A stretch of DNA of 64,000 bases from Vicinamibacteria bacterium (GTDB taxonomy: Bacteria > Acidobacteriota > Vicinamibacteria > Marinacidobacterales > Marinacidobacteraceae), in NCBI GenBank assembly GCA_963668695.2, contig CAXXLQ010000004.1:2368001-2432000 (forward strand), written 5' to 3'. The position numbers and the translations under genes were made by a program. Within the stretch, counting starts at the first letter, position 1. Every line of letters starts with the position of its first letter. This document shows, piece by piece, positions 10,118 through 20,042 of this stretch. Below the pieces are notes generated by a model. It had not been told where the DNA came from. It did no database searches and worked only from the letters and a program-made list of their open reading frames with translations.

Positions 10118-11365
10118 ATGACTCCGCGGCGGGTTGTCGTTACCGGGGTGGGACTCGTGTCTCCCCTGGGCATCGGGACCCGAGAGACCTGGGAAGGCCT
10201 GGTCGCGGGCCGCTCGGGCGCGGGCCCCATCACTCGATTCGATGCCGCGGATTTCACGTCGCGGATTGCCTGCGAGATCGAGGGTTTCGATCCGCTCGAC
10301 TATGCGGACCGGCGGGACGCGCGAAAGATGGATACCTTCATCCACTACGCGCTGGCGGCGTCCCTGTTTGCGGTCGAGGACGCGGGCCTGGGGATTCCGG
10401 TCGGGGATCCCGATCGCACGGGAGTGATCATTTCCTCCGGAATCGGCGGCTTCGAGACGATCGAGAGGGAACACCGGAAACTGCTCGAGCACGGGCCGCG
10501 CCGCATATCTCCCTTCTTCGTCCCTGCGATGGTGGTCAACCTGGCCGCTGGCTGGGTGTCTATCCGGCTGGGTGCGAAGGGCCCCAACTCGGCGATGGCC
10601 ACTGCGTGTTCCGCCGGGGCGCACTCGGTGGGAGAAGCTTTCCGCCTGGTGCGCTATGGCCACGCCGATGTCATGGTCGCCGGTGGAGCGGAAGCGACGA
10701 TCACCCCGATGTGCATCGGTGGTTTTGCCGCGATGAAGGCGCTTTCCACCCGGAACGACGATCCCCAGCACGCGTCCCGTCCCTTTGATCGGGACCGGGA
10801 CGGCTTCGTGGTGGGGGAGGGAGCCGGCATCCTCATCATTGAGGAACGGGAGCGGGCGCTCGCGCGGGGCGCCACGCCCTACGCGGAAGTCGTGGGTTAC
10901 GGCATGAGCGGGGACGCTTTCCACATCACCGCTCCGCCCGCGGATGGCAACGGAGCGGTGCGGGTGATGCGGGCGGCGCTCGGCGAGGCCGAGGCGTCGC
11001 CGGAAGAGGTGGACGCGGTGAACGCCCACGGTACCTCGACGCCCCTCAATGACCGGATCGAGACGGCCGCCATCCGGCAGGTCTTCGGCGCACACGCCGA
11101 CCGGTTGGCGGTCAGTTCCACCAAGTCCATGACCGGGCACCTGCTGGGCGGAGCGGGGGGGCTCGAAGCCGGGATTTCCTGTCTGACCCTGCGTCACCAG
11201 ATTCTGCCCCCTACCATCAACTACGAAACTCCGGATCCCGCCTGCGATCTCGATATCGTTCCGAACACGGCCCGGCCCGCGACGGTGAGCAGCGTTCTTT
11301 CCAACTCGTTCGGGTTTGGCGGCACGAACGTTTCCCTGCTGTTCCGGCACCCGGACGCATCCTGA
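10118..11365 (+). CDS. fabF: Beta-ketoacyl-ACP synthase II
   Basis: RRVVVTGVG, TACSAG, NAHGTST, GHLLG, SNSFGFGG. Confidence 0.96.
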   Translation: MTPRRVVVTGVGLVSPLGIGTRETWEGLVAGRSGAGPITRFDAADFTSRIACEIEGFDPLDYADRRDARKMDTFIHYALAASLFAVEDAGLGIPVGDPDRTGVIISSGIGGFETIEREHRKLLEHGPRRISPFFVPAMVVNLAAGWVSIRLGAKGPNSAMATACSAGAHSVGEAFRLVRYGHADVMVAGGAEATITPMCIGGFAAMKALSTRNDDPQHASRPFDRDRDGFVVGEGAGILIIEERERALARGATPYAEVVGYGMSGDAFHITAPPADGNGAVRVMRAALGEAEASPEEVDAVNAHGTSTPLNDRIETAAIRQVFGAHADRLAVSSTKSMTGHLLGGAGGLEAGISCLTLRHQILPPTINYETPDPACDLDIVPNTARPATVSSVLSNSFGFGGTNVSLLFRHPDAS

Positions 11366-11372
11366 AGTGGCT

Positions 11373-12386
11373 ATGGACGATCTCTTCCGATATCTGCGCG
11401 AGATCGTGGACATCCCGTCGGTGACCGGCGATGAAAAAGCGGTTGCCGAGCGTGTCGGTGCGGATCTCGAGGCGGCAGGACTCGACGTCGAGTTCGACGA
11501 GGTCGTCCCGGGCCGACCGAACCTGATCGCGCGCGCCGGGTCCGGCCAGCCGCGCCTCTGGTACTGCACCCATCTGGACACGGTGCCGCCCTACTTCCCG
11601 TCCAGCGAGAGCGCGACTCACATCGGGGGGAGAGGGTCTTGCGACGCCAAGGGCATCCTCGCGGCGATGCTGTTCGCGGCCCGCCGTCTCCGGGACGAGG
11701 GCGTTTCGGGCTTTGGTCTGGCATTCACCGTCGGCGAGGAGGTGGACAGCGCCGGCGCCATCCACCTCGAGAAGCGGGGCCCCGGGCATCCGATCGAAGG
11801 GGTCCATCTGGTCTGTGGGGAACCCACCGAGGGACTGATGGCGAGCGGTCACAAGGGAACCCTGCGGGTCCGGATCCGGGCTCGGGGGACGGCGGCTCAC
11901 TCGGCTTACCCGGAGGCCGGAGATTCCGCGATCCATCGTCTGCTTGAGACGATTGCCCATCTCCAGTCGCTCGACTGGGGCAAGAGCGGGATCCTCGGTT
12001 CCGCGACCCTGAATGTGGGGCTCATCTCCGGCGGGGTGGCGGGGAACGTTTTCGCCCCATCCGCCGAGGCGACCCTCTACTGGCGTCTCGTCGGCGAGGC
12101 CGAACCGGCGCGGCGCCGGCTGGAAGCGATCCTTGCTGCCGACGAGAACCTCAGTTTCGAACACGTCGGCCAGAACGACGCGGTCCTCTGCCGGACGCTG
12201 CCCGGTTTCGAGGTGGCCCCGATGTCCTACTCGACCGACATCCCGTTCATGCCTTCCTGGGGAACCCCGCTCCTCATCGGTCCCGGCAGCATCCACGACG
12301 CGCACACGGCTCACGAACACGTCCTGAAGAGTGACCTGGTGGCCGCCGTCGGCTACTACCAGAAGATCGCCCACGCTCTCCTCTAG
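11373..12386 (+). CDS. M20 family peptidase/deacylase (ArgE/DapE-like)
   Basis: THLDTVPP, GRGSCDAKG, GEE, GEPT, GPGSIHDAHT. Confidence 0.88.
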   Translation: MDDLFRYLREIVDIPSVTGDEKAVAERVGADLEAAGLDVEFDEVVPGRPNLIARAGSGQPRLWYCTHLDTVPPYFPSSESATHIGGRGSCDAKGILAAMLFAARRLRDEGVSGFGLAFTVGEEVDSAGAIHLEKRGPGHPIEGVHLVCGEPTEGLMASGHKGTLRVRIRARGTAAHSAYPEAGDSAIHRLLETIAHLQSLDWGKSGILGSATLNVGLISGGVAGNVFAPSAEATLYWRLVGEAEPARRRLEAILAADENLSFEHVGQNDAVLCRTLPGFEVAPMSYSTDIPFMPSWGTPLLIGPGSIHDAHTAHEHVLKSDLVAAVGYYQKIAHALL

Positions 12387-12565
12387 CAACCTGTGGTGGA
12401 ACCCGGGTGAGCGCCGAGGCCGGCGAGGCGCCCGGCTGACAAGGCGCGTGAGGGAGGAATACCGAGTGTATTTCGACCGAAACGCAACGATGAGCGGCGC
12501 GAAGCGACGCGGTTCAGCCGGGATGGATCGCCGGCCGAACGCCGCCTGGGTTTCACCACAGGCTG
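12387..12565. mobile_element. MITE family A, full 179-bp copy without 18-mer
   Basis: TIRs and CTAG flanks; starts immediately after the TAG stop of the M20 gene. Confidence 0.85.
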
Positions 12566-12583
12566 CTAGGGGAGGGAGCGCCA

Positions 12584-12987
12584 GGAGCGCCGGCCAGTTC
12601 TCCCGGTGGGGGCCTTCAGACCGGCATCGCCCCGCGGAGCGGGGCGAAACTCCCATCCTTACTCACCCGTATCGCCCGGACCCACCCCGGGGACGGCCCC
12701 ATCCCCCTCCACGCAGCGAAGCCTCGCCGCCCATCCTTACGGTTAGCGACAGCGGAAGCGCGTATTCCCAACCGTCCTTATCTCGCCGGGCAGGCCGCCG
12801 CCCTCCCGCCGCCCCATCAAAGGAATCAGCGCTACGCGCTTTCGCCCCGCTCCGCGGGGCGGGGCCGGCCCCCACCGGGAGAACTGGCCAGAGGTCGGCG
12901 TTCCTGGCCGTCTCCGCGGTTCTTCTCGGGGGCGACGGGAGTTTCGCGGCCTGCGGCCGCGATGCCGGTGTGAACACCGGCGCTCCT
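12584..12987. repeat. Cluster of three REP-like family D palindromes, two interrupted by the 18-mer
   Basis: Units like GATGCCGGTNTGAANACCGGCGCTCC at ~12584-12654 (+), ~12840-12905 (-), ~12937-12987 (-); 18-mers at 12594-12611 and 12870-12887. Confidence 0.65.
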
Positions 12988-13028
12988 AGCGCGTACCGTT
13001 AGTCGCCCACCCCACCCGCGCGGCCCGC

Positions 13029-14174
13029 ATGTCCGACATTCCCTCAGCCTCCCCGTTCCGCCTCCTTCGCCGCACCCTCCTCGCGTGGTTCCGGAAGAAC
13101 AAGCGCTCGCTTCCCTTCCGCGAATCACCCGACGCCTGGCGCGTCTGGGTCTCGGAGGTGATGCTCCAGCAAACCCGGGTGGAGGCGATGCTGCCTCGCT
13201 ACCGGGCCTTTGTCGCGCGGTTCCCGGAGTTCGGGTCGCTGGCTCGAGCCTCCGAGGACGAGGTGCTGGCCGCCTGGGCGGGCCTCGGTTACTACGGCCG
13301 CGCCCGCGCGTTGCACCGCGCAGCGCAGCAACTGGCTGCGGAAGGCCGGGAAATCCCGCGGAATGCGGAGTCGCTCAGGGAACTCCCGGGGATCGGCGAC
13401 TACACGGCGGCGGCGATCGCGTCGATCGCCTTCCGCGAACCGGTCGCCGCGGTGGACGGAAACGTGCGCCGCGTGCTGTCGAGGGTCTTCGCGGTAGGAG
13501 GAGTCCCGGGACGGGTGGGCTTCGAGAGACGGATCCGGGAACTGGCCGACCGCCTCATGGAGGCGGACGGTGCGCACGAGCCGGGTGACTGGAACCAGGC
13601 TCTGATGGAGCTCGGAGCGACGGTATGCACCCCCGCTATCCCCCGCTGCGGGAGCTGCCCGGTCCGTGAGTTCTGCTGGGCTCGGGTAGGAGGGCGGCAG
13701 GAAGAATTCCCCGAGCGTCCGCGGCGTCCGCCATCGGTTTCCGTACGGCTCGCCGTGGCCGTCGTCCGGGACTGCGACGGACGGATTCTGTTGTTCCGCC
13801 GCCGGGAAAGCCCCCTGCGGGGTCTCTACGAACTGCCCTGCGGGGAGTGCCGGAGCGGCGAGCCGCCCGCGGAGGCGCTGGTTCGCGAAACGCGGGTGCG
13901 CTACGGGATCCGGCTTCGACCCGGGCGCGAGTTGGCCGGGTTCCGTCACACCGTCATGAACCGGAGGATGGCGGTCGTTCCCTTCGAGGCGGAACTCCAG
14001 GAGCCGTCAGCCGCCGGCGTCCCGAAAGGCGCTCGTTTCGTTCACCCGCGGGATCTGGATCTGGTCCCGTCGGGCTCGATGCTGCAGAAGGCTCTCGCCG
14101 GAGTCGGCGCCGGGATCCCGGGGGCCAAGTTGCCATCCCCGGCGGCCGGCGAACCCGCCGAACCGCTCGACTAG
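13029..14174 (+). CDS. mutY: A/G-specific adenine glycosylase
   Basis: WVSEVMLQQT, LPGIGDYTA, VDGNVRRV, Fe-S motif C-x6-C-x2-C-x5-C; C-terminal NUDIX-like domain. Confidence 0.95.
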   Translation: MSDIPSASPFRLLRRTLLAWFRKNKRSLPFRESPDAWRVWVSEVMLQQTRVEAMLPRYRAFVARFPEFGSLARASEDEVLAAWAGLGYYGRARALHRAAQQLAAEGREIPRNAESLRELPGIGDYTAAAIASIAFREPVAAVDGNVRRVLSRVFAVGGVPGRVGFERRIRELADRLMEADGAHEPGDWNQALMELGATVCTPAIPRCGSCPVREFCWARVGGRQEEFPERPRRPPSVSVRLAVAVVRDCDGRILLFRRRESPLRGLYELPCGECRSGEPPAEALVRETRVRYGIRLRPGRELAGFRHTVMNRRMAVVPFEAELQEPSAAGVPKGARFVHPRDLDLVPSGSMLQKALAGVGAGIPGAKLPSPAAGEPAEPLD

Positions 14175-14195
14175 ACTGCGCGCCGCCGACTATCC

Positions 14196-16679
14196 ATGAG
14201 CACTTTCCACGAACGCGTCGAATCGAAATGGCAGGCCCGCTGGGAACGCGAGGGCGCCTTCCGGACTCCCGACCTGCCCGAGGGGCCCCACTACTACTGC
14301 CTCGAGATGCTGCCCTATCCCTCCGGGCGCATCCACATGGGCCATGTGCGGAACTACTCCATCGGGGACGTGATGGCCCGGTTCTACCGCCGCCGCGGCT
14401 TCACCGTCATGCATCCCATCGGCTGGGATGCGCTCGGGTTGCCGGCGGAGAACGCCGCGCTTCAGCGTGGCGCCCATCCCGCCGATTGGACCACGCACAA
14501 CATCGACCACATGCGGCGGCAGCTCCGCCGACTCGGGTTCAGCTACGACTGGGACCGGGAGTTCGCCACTTGCGATCCCTCCTACTACCGGTGGAACCAG
14601 TGGTTCTTCCTGAAGATGTGGGAACGGGGGCTCGCCTACCGGAAAAACGGCACCGTCAACTGGTGCCCCGGCTGCGAGACCGTGCTCGCCAACGAGCAGG
14701 TCGAGGCCGGACGCTGCTGGCGATGCGAGGCTGTCGTCGAGGATCGGGAATTGCCGCAGTGGTTCCTGCGGATCACCGACTACGCCGACGAACTGCTCGA
14801 CGAGATGGAGCGGATGCCCGCCTGGCCCCACAAGGTGCTGGTGCTCCAGCGAAACTGGATCGGACGTTCGGAAGGGGCCGAGGTTCGCTTCCGAATCCCG
14901 GCGCTGGGAGACCGGGGCGACGTTGCGGTGTTCACCACGCGGGTGGACACCATCTACGGCGCCACCGCTCTGGTGCTGGCGCCCGGACATCCCGCCTCCC
15001 AGGCGATCGCCGCCGAGAATCCGGCGGTGGCCGAATACCTACGGGACGCCCTGGCGCGTCATGCCGGGGAAACGCACCCAACCGGTGAGACCGAAAAGAC
15101 GGGGGTCATCACTGGCTTTCAGGCGGCCAACCCCTTTTCGGGAGAGGAGATTCCGGTCTTCGTCGCGGACTACGTGCTCATGGAGTACGGAACCGGAGCG
15201 GTGATGGCGGTTCCGGCCCACGACGAACGGGACTACGAGTTCGCGACGAAGTACGGACTGGAGATCCGGACGGTGGTCATCCCGAATGACCCCGATGTCG
15301 CAGCGGATCCCGAAAGCGCCTTCGTGGACTACGGGACCGTCGTGGATTCCGGCGCGTTCAGCGGTCTTCCGACCGAGGAGGCCAAGCGGGCGATGGCGGA
15401 ACACGCCCGCGAAGGCGGCTTCGGCGAGCCGAAGATCGCCTGGCGGTTCCGCGACTGGGGGATATCCCGGCAGCGCTACTGGGGCACTCCCATTCCCATG
15501 ATCCACTGCCCGGGTTGCGGCGAAGTTCCGGTGCCCGAGGAAGACCTCCCGGTGGAGCTGCCCCGCGATGTCGAGATCACGGGCATGGGAGGGTCGGCTC
15601 TTGCGAAAATCGATTCCTGGCGCCGGGTGGATTGTCCGCGTTGCGGCGCCGCGGCCCGCCGGGAGACCGACACCATGGACACCTTCGTGGACTCGTCCTG
15701 GTACTTCTATCGGTACCTCGATCCGGCCAACGATCGGGCGCCCTTCGACAAGGAGAAGGCGCGGGCCTGGTTCCCCATCGACCTCTACATCGGTGGGGTG
15801 GAGCACGCCATCCTCCACCTGATCTATTGCCGCTTCTGGACCAAGATGATGCGCGACCTCGGCCTGGTCACTACCGACGAGCCGGTGGTCCGCCAGTTGA
15901 GCCAGGGAATGGTCATCAAGGACGGTGCCAAGATGTCCAAGAGCAAGGGCAACATCGTCGATCCCGATGCCGTGGTCGAACGGCACGGCGCGGACGCGAT
16001 CCGGCTCTACGTTCTCTTCGAGTCTCCCCCGGAAAAGGAAATGGACTGGACCGACGCGCGGCTCTCCGGCCCGGCCCGCTACTTGAGGCGGCTGGAGCGG
16101 ATGATTCCCGGGGAGGCGGAATGGTTGGTCACCACTCCGCTGCCGGCGGGGAACGAGGACTTCGCCCCCGACGATGTGGCGCTGCGCCGGAAGACCCACC
16201 AGACGATCCGACGGGTCACCCGCGACCTTGCGGAACGCATCCATCCCAATACTGCGATCGCCGCAATCATGGAACTAACCACGGCCTTTTCGCACCGGCT
16301 GCCCGCTGCGGCGACCGAGGCGTCCCGCCGGGCGGTCCGGGAGGCCGTCGAGGCGGTGATTGCTTTGCTGAACCCGATGGCGCCTCATCTCACGGAGGAA
16401 CTCTGGGAGCGGCTCGGCGGCAAGACCATACTGGTGAAAACACCCTGGCCGGAATGCGACGAAGAGCTCGCCCGGGAGGAACAGGTACTTGTCGTTCTGC
16501 AGGTAAATGGGAAACTGCGTGGCCGCCTGGAAGTCCCCGCGGGGCTCGACCGCGAGGTGATTGTCGACCAGGCTCGGGAAAACGCGGGGATCCGCCGCCA
16601 TCTGGAAGGGCTCGAGGTCCGTCGGGTCGTTACGGTGCCCGACCGGCTCGTGAACTTCGTGGCCGCCCGTCCGTCGTGA
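14196..16679 (+). CDS. leuS: Leucine--tRNA ligase
   Basis: PYPSG-IHMGH, KMSKS, RDWGISRQRYWG. Confidence 0.97.
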   Translation: MSTFHERVESKWQARWEREGAFRTPDLPEGPHYYCLEMLPYPSGRIHMGHVRNYSIGDVMARFYRRRGFTVMHPIGWDALGLPAENAALQRGAHPADWTTHNIDHMRRQLRRLGFSYDWDREFATCDPSYYRWNQWFFLKMWERGLAYRKNGTVNWCPGCETVLANEQVEAGRCWRCEAVVEDRELPQWFLRITDYADELLDEMERMPAWPHKVLVLQRNWIGRSEGAEVRFRIPALGDRGDVAVFTTRVDTIYGATALVLAPGHPASQAIAAENPAVAEYLRDALARHAGETHPTGETEKTGVITGFQAANPFSGEEIPVFVADYVLMEYGTGAVMAVPAHDERDYEFATKYGLEIRTVVIPNDPDVAADPESAFVDYGTVVDSGAFSGLPTEEAKRAMAEHAREGGFGEPKIAWRFRDWGISRQRYWGTPIPMIHCPGCGEVPVPEEDLPVELPRDVEITGMGGSALAKIDSWRRVDCPRCGAAARRETDTMDTFVDSSWYFYRYLDPANDRAPFDKEKARAWFPIDLYIGGVEHAILHLIYCRFWTKMMRDLGLVTTDEPVVRQLSQGMVIKDGAKMSKSKGNIVDPDAVVERHGADAIRLYVLFESPPEKEMDWTDARLSGPARYLRRLERMIPGEAEWLVTTPLPAGNEDFAPDDVALRRKTHQTIRRVTRDLAERIHPNTAIAAIMELTTAFSHRLPAAATEASRRAVREAVEAVIALLNPMAPHLTEELWERLGGKTILVKTPWPECDEELAREEQVLVVLQVNGKLRGRLEVPAGLDREVIVDQARENAGIRRHLEGLEVRRVVTVPDRLVNFVAARPS

Positions 16680-17242
16680 TTCATCCCGTCCCGTCCCCGA
16701 GGAGGGTTCGCACTCGGGCGGGTTGGGGCGAAGCGCTTCTTTTCGGTCTGTCTCTTTCGATACTTCTCGGTGGGTGCGGGTATCGGCTGGCCGGAATTGG
16801 TGGCGGACTGCCCGGCCACATTCAGATCGTGGCGATCCTGCCCTTCGATAACGAGAGCGCCTTTCCCGAAGTCGAGGAAGGCATGACCGACGAGATCATC
16901 GAAGGCTTCAATCGGCGAGGGCGCTACACCGTGCAGGAAACCGAGGAAGGGGCGGACGCGGTGATGCGGGGCACGGTGCTGAGCGTGGACTTCTCGCCCG
17001 CGCAGCTCGATCCGACAACCGGATCGGCCTCCACCTATCTGATCATCGTGCGCGCCACGGTGGAGTTCACGGACGTGGCCAACGACGTCGTGCTGTTCGA
17101 GTCGGACGAGTTCACCCTGCGCGACGAGTTCTCGATCGGGGACGATCCCGACGCCGCCTTCGACCGGGAGGGGCTGGCTTTCGCCCGGCTTGCCAGCGCC
17201 TTTGCGGACTCGCTGCTGGTCGCGATTCTCGAGGGGTTCTGA
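16676..17242 (+). CDS. lptE: LPS assembly lipoprotein LptE-like
   Basis: Lipobox LGGCGY; position between leuS and holA. Confidence 0.8.
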   Translation: MIHPVPSPRRVRTRAGWGEALLFGLSLSILLGGCGYRLAGIGGGLPGHIQIVAILPFDNESAFPEVEEGMTDEIIEGFNRRGRYTVQETEEGADAVMRGTVLSVDFSPAQLDPTTGSASTYLIIVRATVEFTDVANDVVLFESDEFTLRDEFSIGDDPDAAFDREGLAFARLASAFADSLLVAILEGF

Positions 17243-18378
17243 TGGCGTTCGCCGAGGCAGGTTTCGCCAAGAGTTTCGCCGCCCTCCGGCCGATACCGGC
17301 GGAGGCGCTCGGGGACAAGCTGCCGGCGGCCGACGCCGGGGCCCTCTACGTGATCGGGGGAGGCGACAGCTGGCTGCGCCAACAGACGATGCGGAGGCTC
17401 GCCGGGCATCACCTCGGGCCGAAACCCGCCCCCTTCCGCCTGCGGCGCTTTGACGGGCGGACCGCCACTGCCGATCAGGTGGTCAGCACGACCCGGACGG
17501 TTTCGTTCAGCGGCGGTCCCGTGGTCCTCATCGAGAACGGTCTCCGCATCGCCCAGCCGCCGGCATCGGCCACCGGGCTTGCCGGAGTTCTGGTGGATCT
17601 CCTGCAGAGTCCCCCGGGGCGCGCGGTCATCGTCCTGGAATGGGAGCAGAACCCCGACCGGCGCCGGAAGGACTGGAAGGCGCTCGCGGGAGCGCTCACC
17701 GATGCCGTTGCCCGGGGCGTGGCGTACTCGGTGGATTGCGACGCCCCGCCCGCCGCCCGGATGACCACCTGGATCCGCCGAACCGCCCGCGAGCGCAGTC
17801 TGAACCTCCCCGAACAGGGTGCGGAGCTTCTCTTCGAGCGCTTTGGCCGCGAACTCCGCCAGCAGGTGAACGAGATCGAAAAGCTCGCGCTCTACGCGGG
17901 GAGCGATCAGGAAGGAGACGTCTCGCTCGAGGATATGGAGCAGGTACTCGGGGGCGGGAGCGTTCAGGATCGCTTCCGGTTCACCGACGCGCTGCAGGCG
18001 GGCCGCACGGAATCGGCGCTCGCCTCGCTCGAGCTGCTGCTTCGGGACGGTGAGTCGCCTCAGGCCCTGATGGCCCTGCTGTACCGGCTGGTCACCCAGA
18101 TCCAGCTCGCTCAGGCCCACCGCGGGGAGGAACCTCTCTACGAAGTTCTTCGCGTTCCCCGCCGGGTCGCCGACGACCTGGGGCGCGCTGCCCGCCGGTT
18201 TCAGCCAGCCGAACTCCGCGCCATCCTGAGACACTTGGCCGAAATGGACCTCAGGATGAAGACCACCCGGATCCCCGACCGCGCCGCCCTTTCCTCGCTG
18301 GCCTTGTTGCTGGGAGCGCAGGGGGAGCGCCACGAAAACCCGATGGCGCCCCGCCGCTCCACCGAGCCCCTGAAATGA
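17242..18378 (+). CDS. holA: DNA polymerase III delta subunit
   Basis: NEIEKLALY, FRFTDAL, DLRMKT; leuS-lptE-holA synteny. Confidence 0.85.
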   Translation: MAFAEAGFAKSFAALRPIPAEALGDKLPAADAGALYVIGGGDSWLRQQTMRRLAGHHLGPKPAPFRLRRFDGRTATADQVVSTTRTVSFSGGPVVLIENGLRIAQPPASATGLAGVLVDLLQSPPGRAVIVLEWEQNPDRRRKDWKALAGALTDAVARGVAYSVDCDAPPAARMTTWIRRTARERSLNLPEQGAELLFERFGRELRQQVNEIEKLALYAGSDQEGDVSLEDMEQVLGGGSVQDRFRFTDALQAGRTESALASLELLLRDGESPQALMALLYRLVTQIQLAQAHRGEEPLYEVLRVPRRVADDLGRAARRFQPAELRAILRHLAEMDLRMKTTRIPDRAALSSLALLLGAQGERHENPMAPRRSTEPLK

Positions 18379-18857
18379 CCCCGCGTCCACCGCCCCGTCA
18401 GCGTGATCCCTCGCTCCTCCCGTTGTCTCGCCACCACCAGAGCGGACTGCAGATCGCCGTGCTCATCGATCAGGGGCTCAAGGGCGAGCCTACCGCCAAG
18501 AGGGTGACCGAACTCATCGGCAAGGTGGTCCACCTCGCCGAGTCCGAACTCTTCGAACACTTCCAGCTCGAGGAGACGATTCTCTTTCCGGCGGTGCGGC
18601 CGATCATCGATTCCGGGGAGCTGCTGGACACGCTCGCTGCCGGACACCGGACGATGGAAGGTCTCGTGCGGCGGCTCGAAGCGGCGGACTACCAGGAACG
18701 GCTTTCCCTCCTCAAGGAGTTCGGAGAACTTCTTCTCCGCCATATCCACACCGGGGAACGCGAACTCTTCCGCCAGGTTCAGGATCGGCTGGAGCAGGCC
18801 CAGCTCGACGAACTCGGCCGGAAAATCACGGCGAAGATCGAGGCAACCGATACCTGA
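18375..18857 (+). CDS. Hemerythrin/HHE-domain protein, copy 1
   Basis: LSRHHQ...HFQLEETILFP...H...HIHTGERELF. Confidence 0.8.
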   Translation: MTPRPPPRQRDPSLLPLSRHHQSGLQIAVLIDQGLKGEPTAKRVTELIGKVVHLAESELFEHFQLEETILFPAVRPIIDSGELLDTLAAGHRTMEGLVRRLEAADYQERLSLLKEFGELLLRHIHTGERELFRQVQDRLEQAQLDELGRKITAKIEATDT

Positions 18858-18900
18858 GCCGCCGTCCGCGGCACCCGGAGGGCGCGGGGAGCGTCGCTAA

Positions 18901-19383
18901 CAGCCGGTGGTGGAACCCGTGTGAGCGCCGAGGCCGGCCAGTTCTCCCGGTGGGGGCGAGGCCCAGTTCTCCCGGTGGGGCCAGTCCTCCCGGTGGGGGC
19001 CCGGCTGACAAGGCGCGTGAGGGAGGAGCCCCCACCGGGAGAACTGGGCCGCGTGTATTCCGACCGAAACGCAACGACGAGCGGCGCGCAGCGACGCGGT
19101 TCAGCCGGGATGGATCGCCGGCCGAGCCCCCACCGGGAGAACTGGGCCGCGTGGGTTCCGCCACCGGTTGTTCAGCCGGGATGGATCGCCGGCCGAGCCC
19201 CCACCGGGAGAACTGGGCCGCGTGGGTTTCATCACCGGCTGTTTGGCCGGGATGGATCGCCGGCCGAGCCCCCACCGGGAGAACTGGGCCGCGTGGGTTT
19301 CATCACCGGTTGTTTGGCCGGGATGGATCGCCGGCCGAGCCCCCACCGGGAGAACTGGGCCGCGTGGGTTTCATCACCGGCTG
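18901..19383. mobile_element. MITE family A with ~8 18-mers and a tandemly amplified ~71-bp terminal segment
   Basis: Left TIR at 18901; about four ~71-bp units between ~19102 and 19383. Confidence 0.8.
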
Positions 19384-19397
19384 TTTATAGTGGCGCC

Positions 19398-19904
19398 ATG
19401 CCCCACCCGTCCCTGCACCGGGATCCGAGCCTGATTCCGCTTTCCCACCAGCACCAGCACGGACTCGCGATCACGGTGCTCATCGATCGGGGTCTGAAAA
19501 CCGACCCCAGTCGGGAAAAGGCGCTGGAACTCGCCGGCAAGGTGGCGCGGCTGGCCGAGGTCGAGCTTCTCGGCCACTTCCAGGTCGAAGAACGGGTTCT
19601 CTTCCCCGCTGTCCGGCCGCTTCTGCAGAACGATGAGCTGTTGGACGGCCTGCTCGCGGAGCACCGGGTCATGGAGACGCTGGTGCAGCGCATCGCCGCG
19701 GCCGGCGATCAGGAACGGATCCCGCTCCTGAAGCAGTTCGGGAAGGTGCTGCACCGCCACATCCGCACCGAGGAGCGCCAGCTCTTCCAGGAGATCCAGG
19801 CCCGCCTTGACGAAACACAGCTGGCGGATCTGGGCCGGGAAATCGAGGCGAAGGTCCAGGCGGCCTGTCCACTGAGCGCCAAACTGCCCTGGGCGGACGC
19901 CTGA
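19398..19904 (+). CDS. Hemerythrin/HHE-domain protein, copy 2
   Basis: LSHQHQHGL...HFQVEERVLFP...EH...HIRTEERQLF; clear paralog of 18375-18857. Confidence 0.85.
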   Translation: MPHPSLHRDPSLIPLSHQHQHGLAITVLIDRGLKTDPSREKALELAGKVARLAEVELLGHFQVEERVLFPAVRPLLQNDELLDGLLAEHRVMETLVQRIAAAGDQERIPLLKQFGKVLHRHIRTEERQLFQEIQARLDETQLADLGREIEAKVQAACPLSAKLPWADA

Positions 19905-20042
19905 ACCCCGTAGCGCCGCGGCACGGGGCCGGCCCGGGCCACGATCGCGCACATCGGTCCAGCGCGATGAGCGACGCTTGTGGCGTGCGTTGCACATCCA
20001 CATCCTCGCGCGCCCGCGCCGGAACGCCTCGCCGGAGGAGTC

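Noticed and set aside
19030-19383. CRISPR-like periodic repeat
   Set aside because: The intervals are near-identical copies of the MITE end, not unique spacers, and no cas genes are present
18921-19397. Repeat-containing N-terminus of hemerythrin copy 2
   Set aside because: Read-through of the MITE; the paralog alignment starts at 19398
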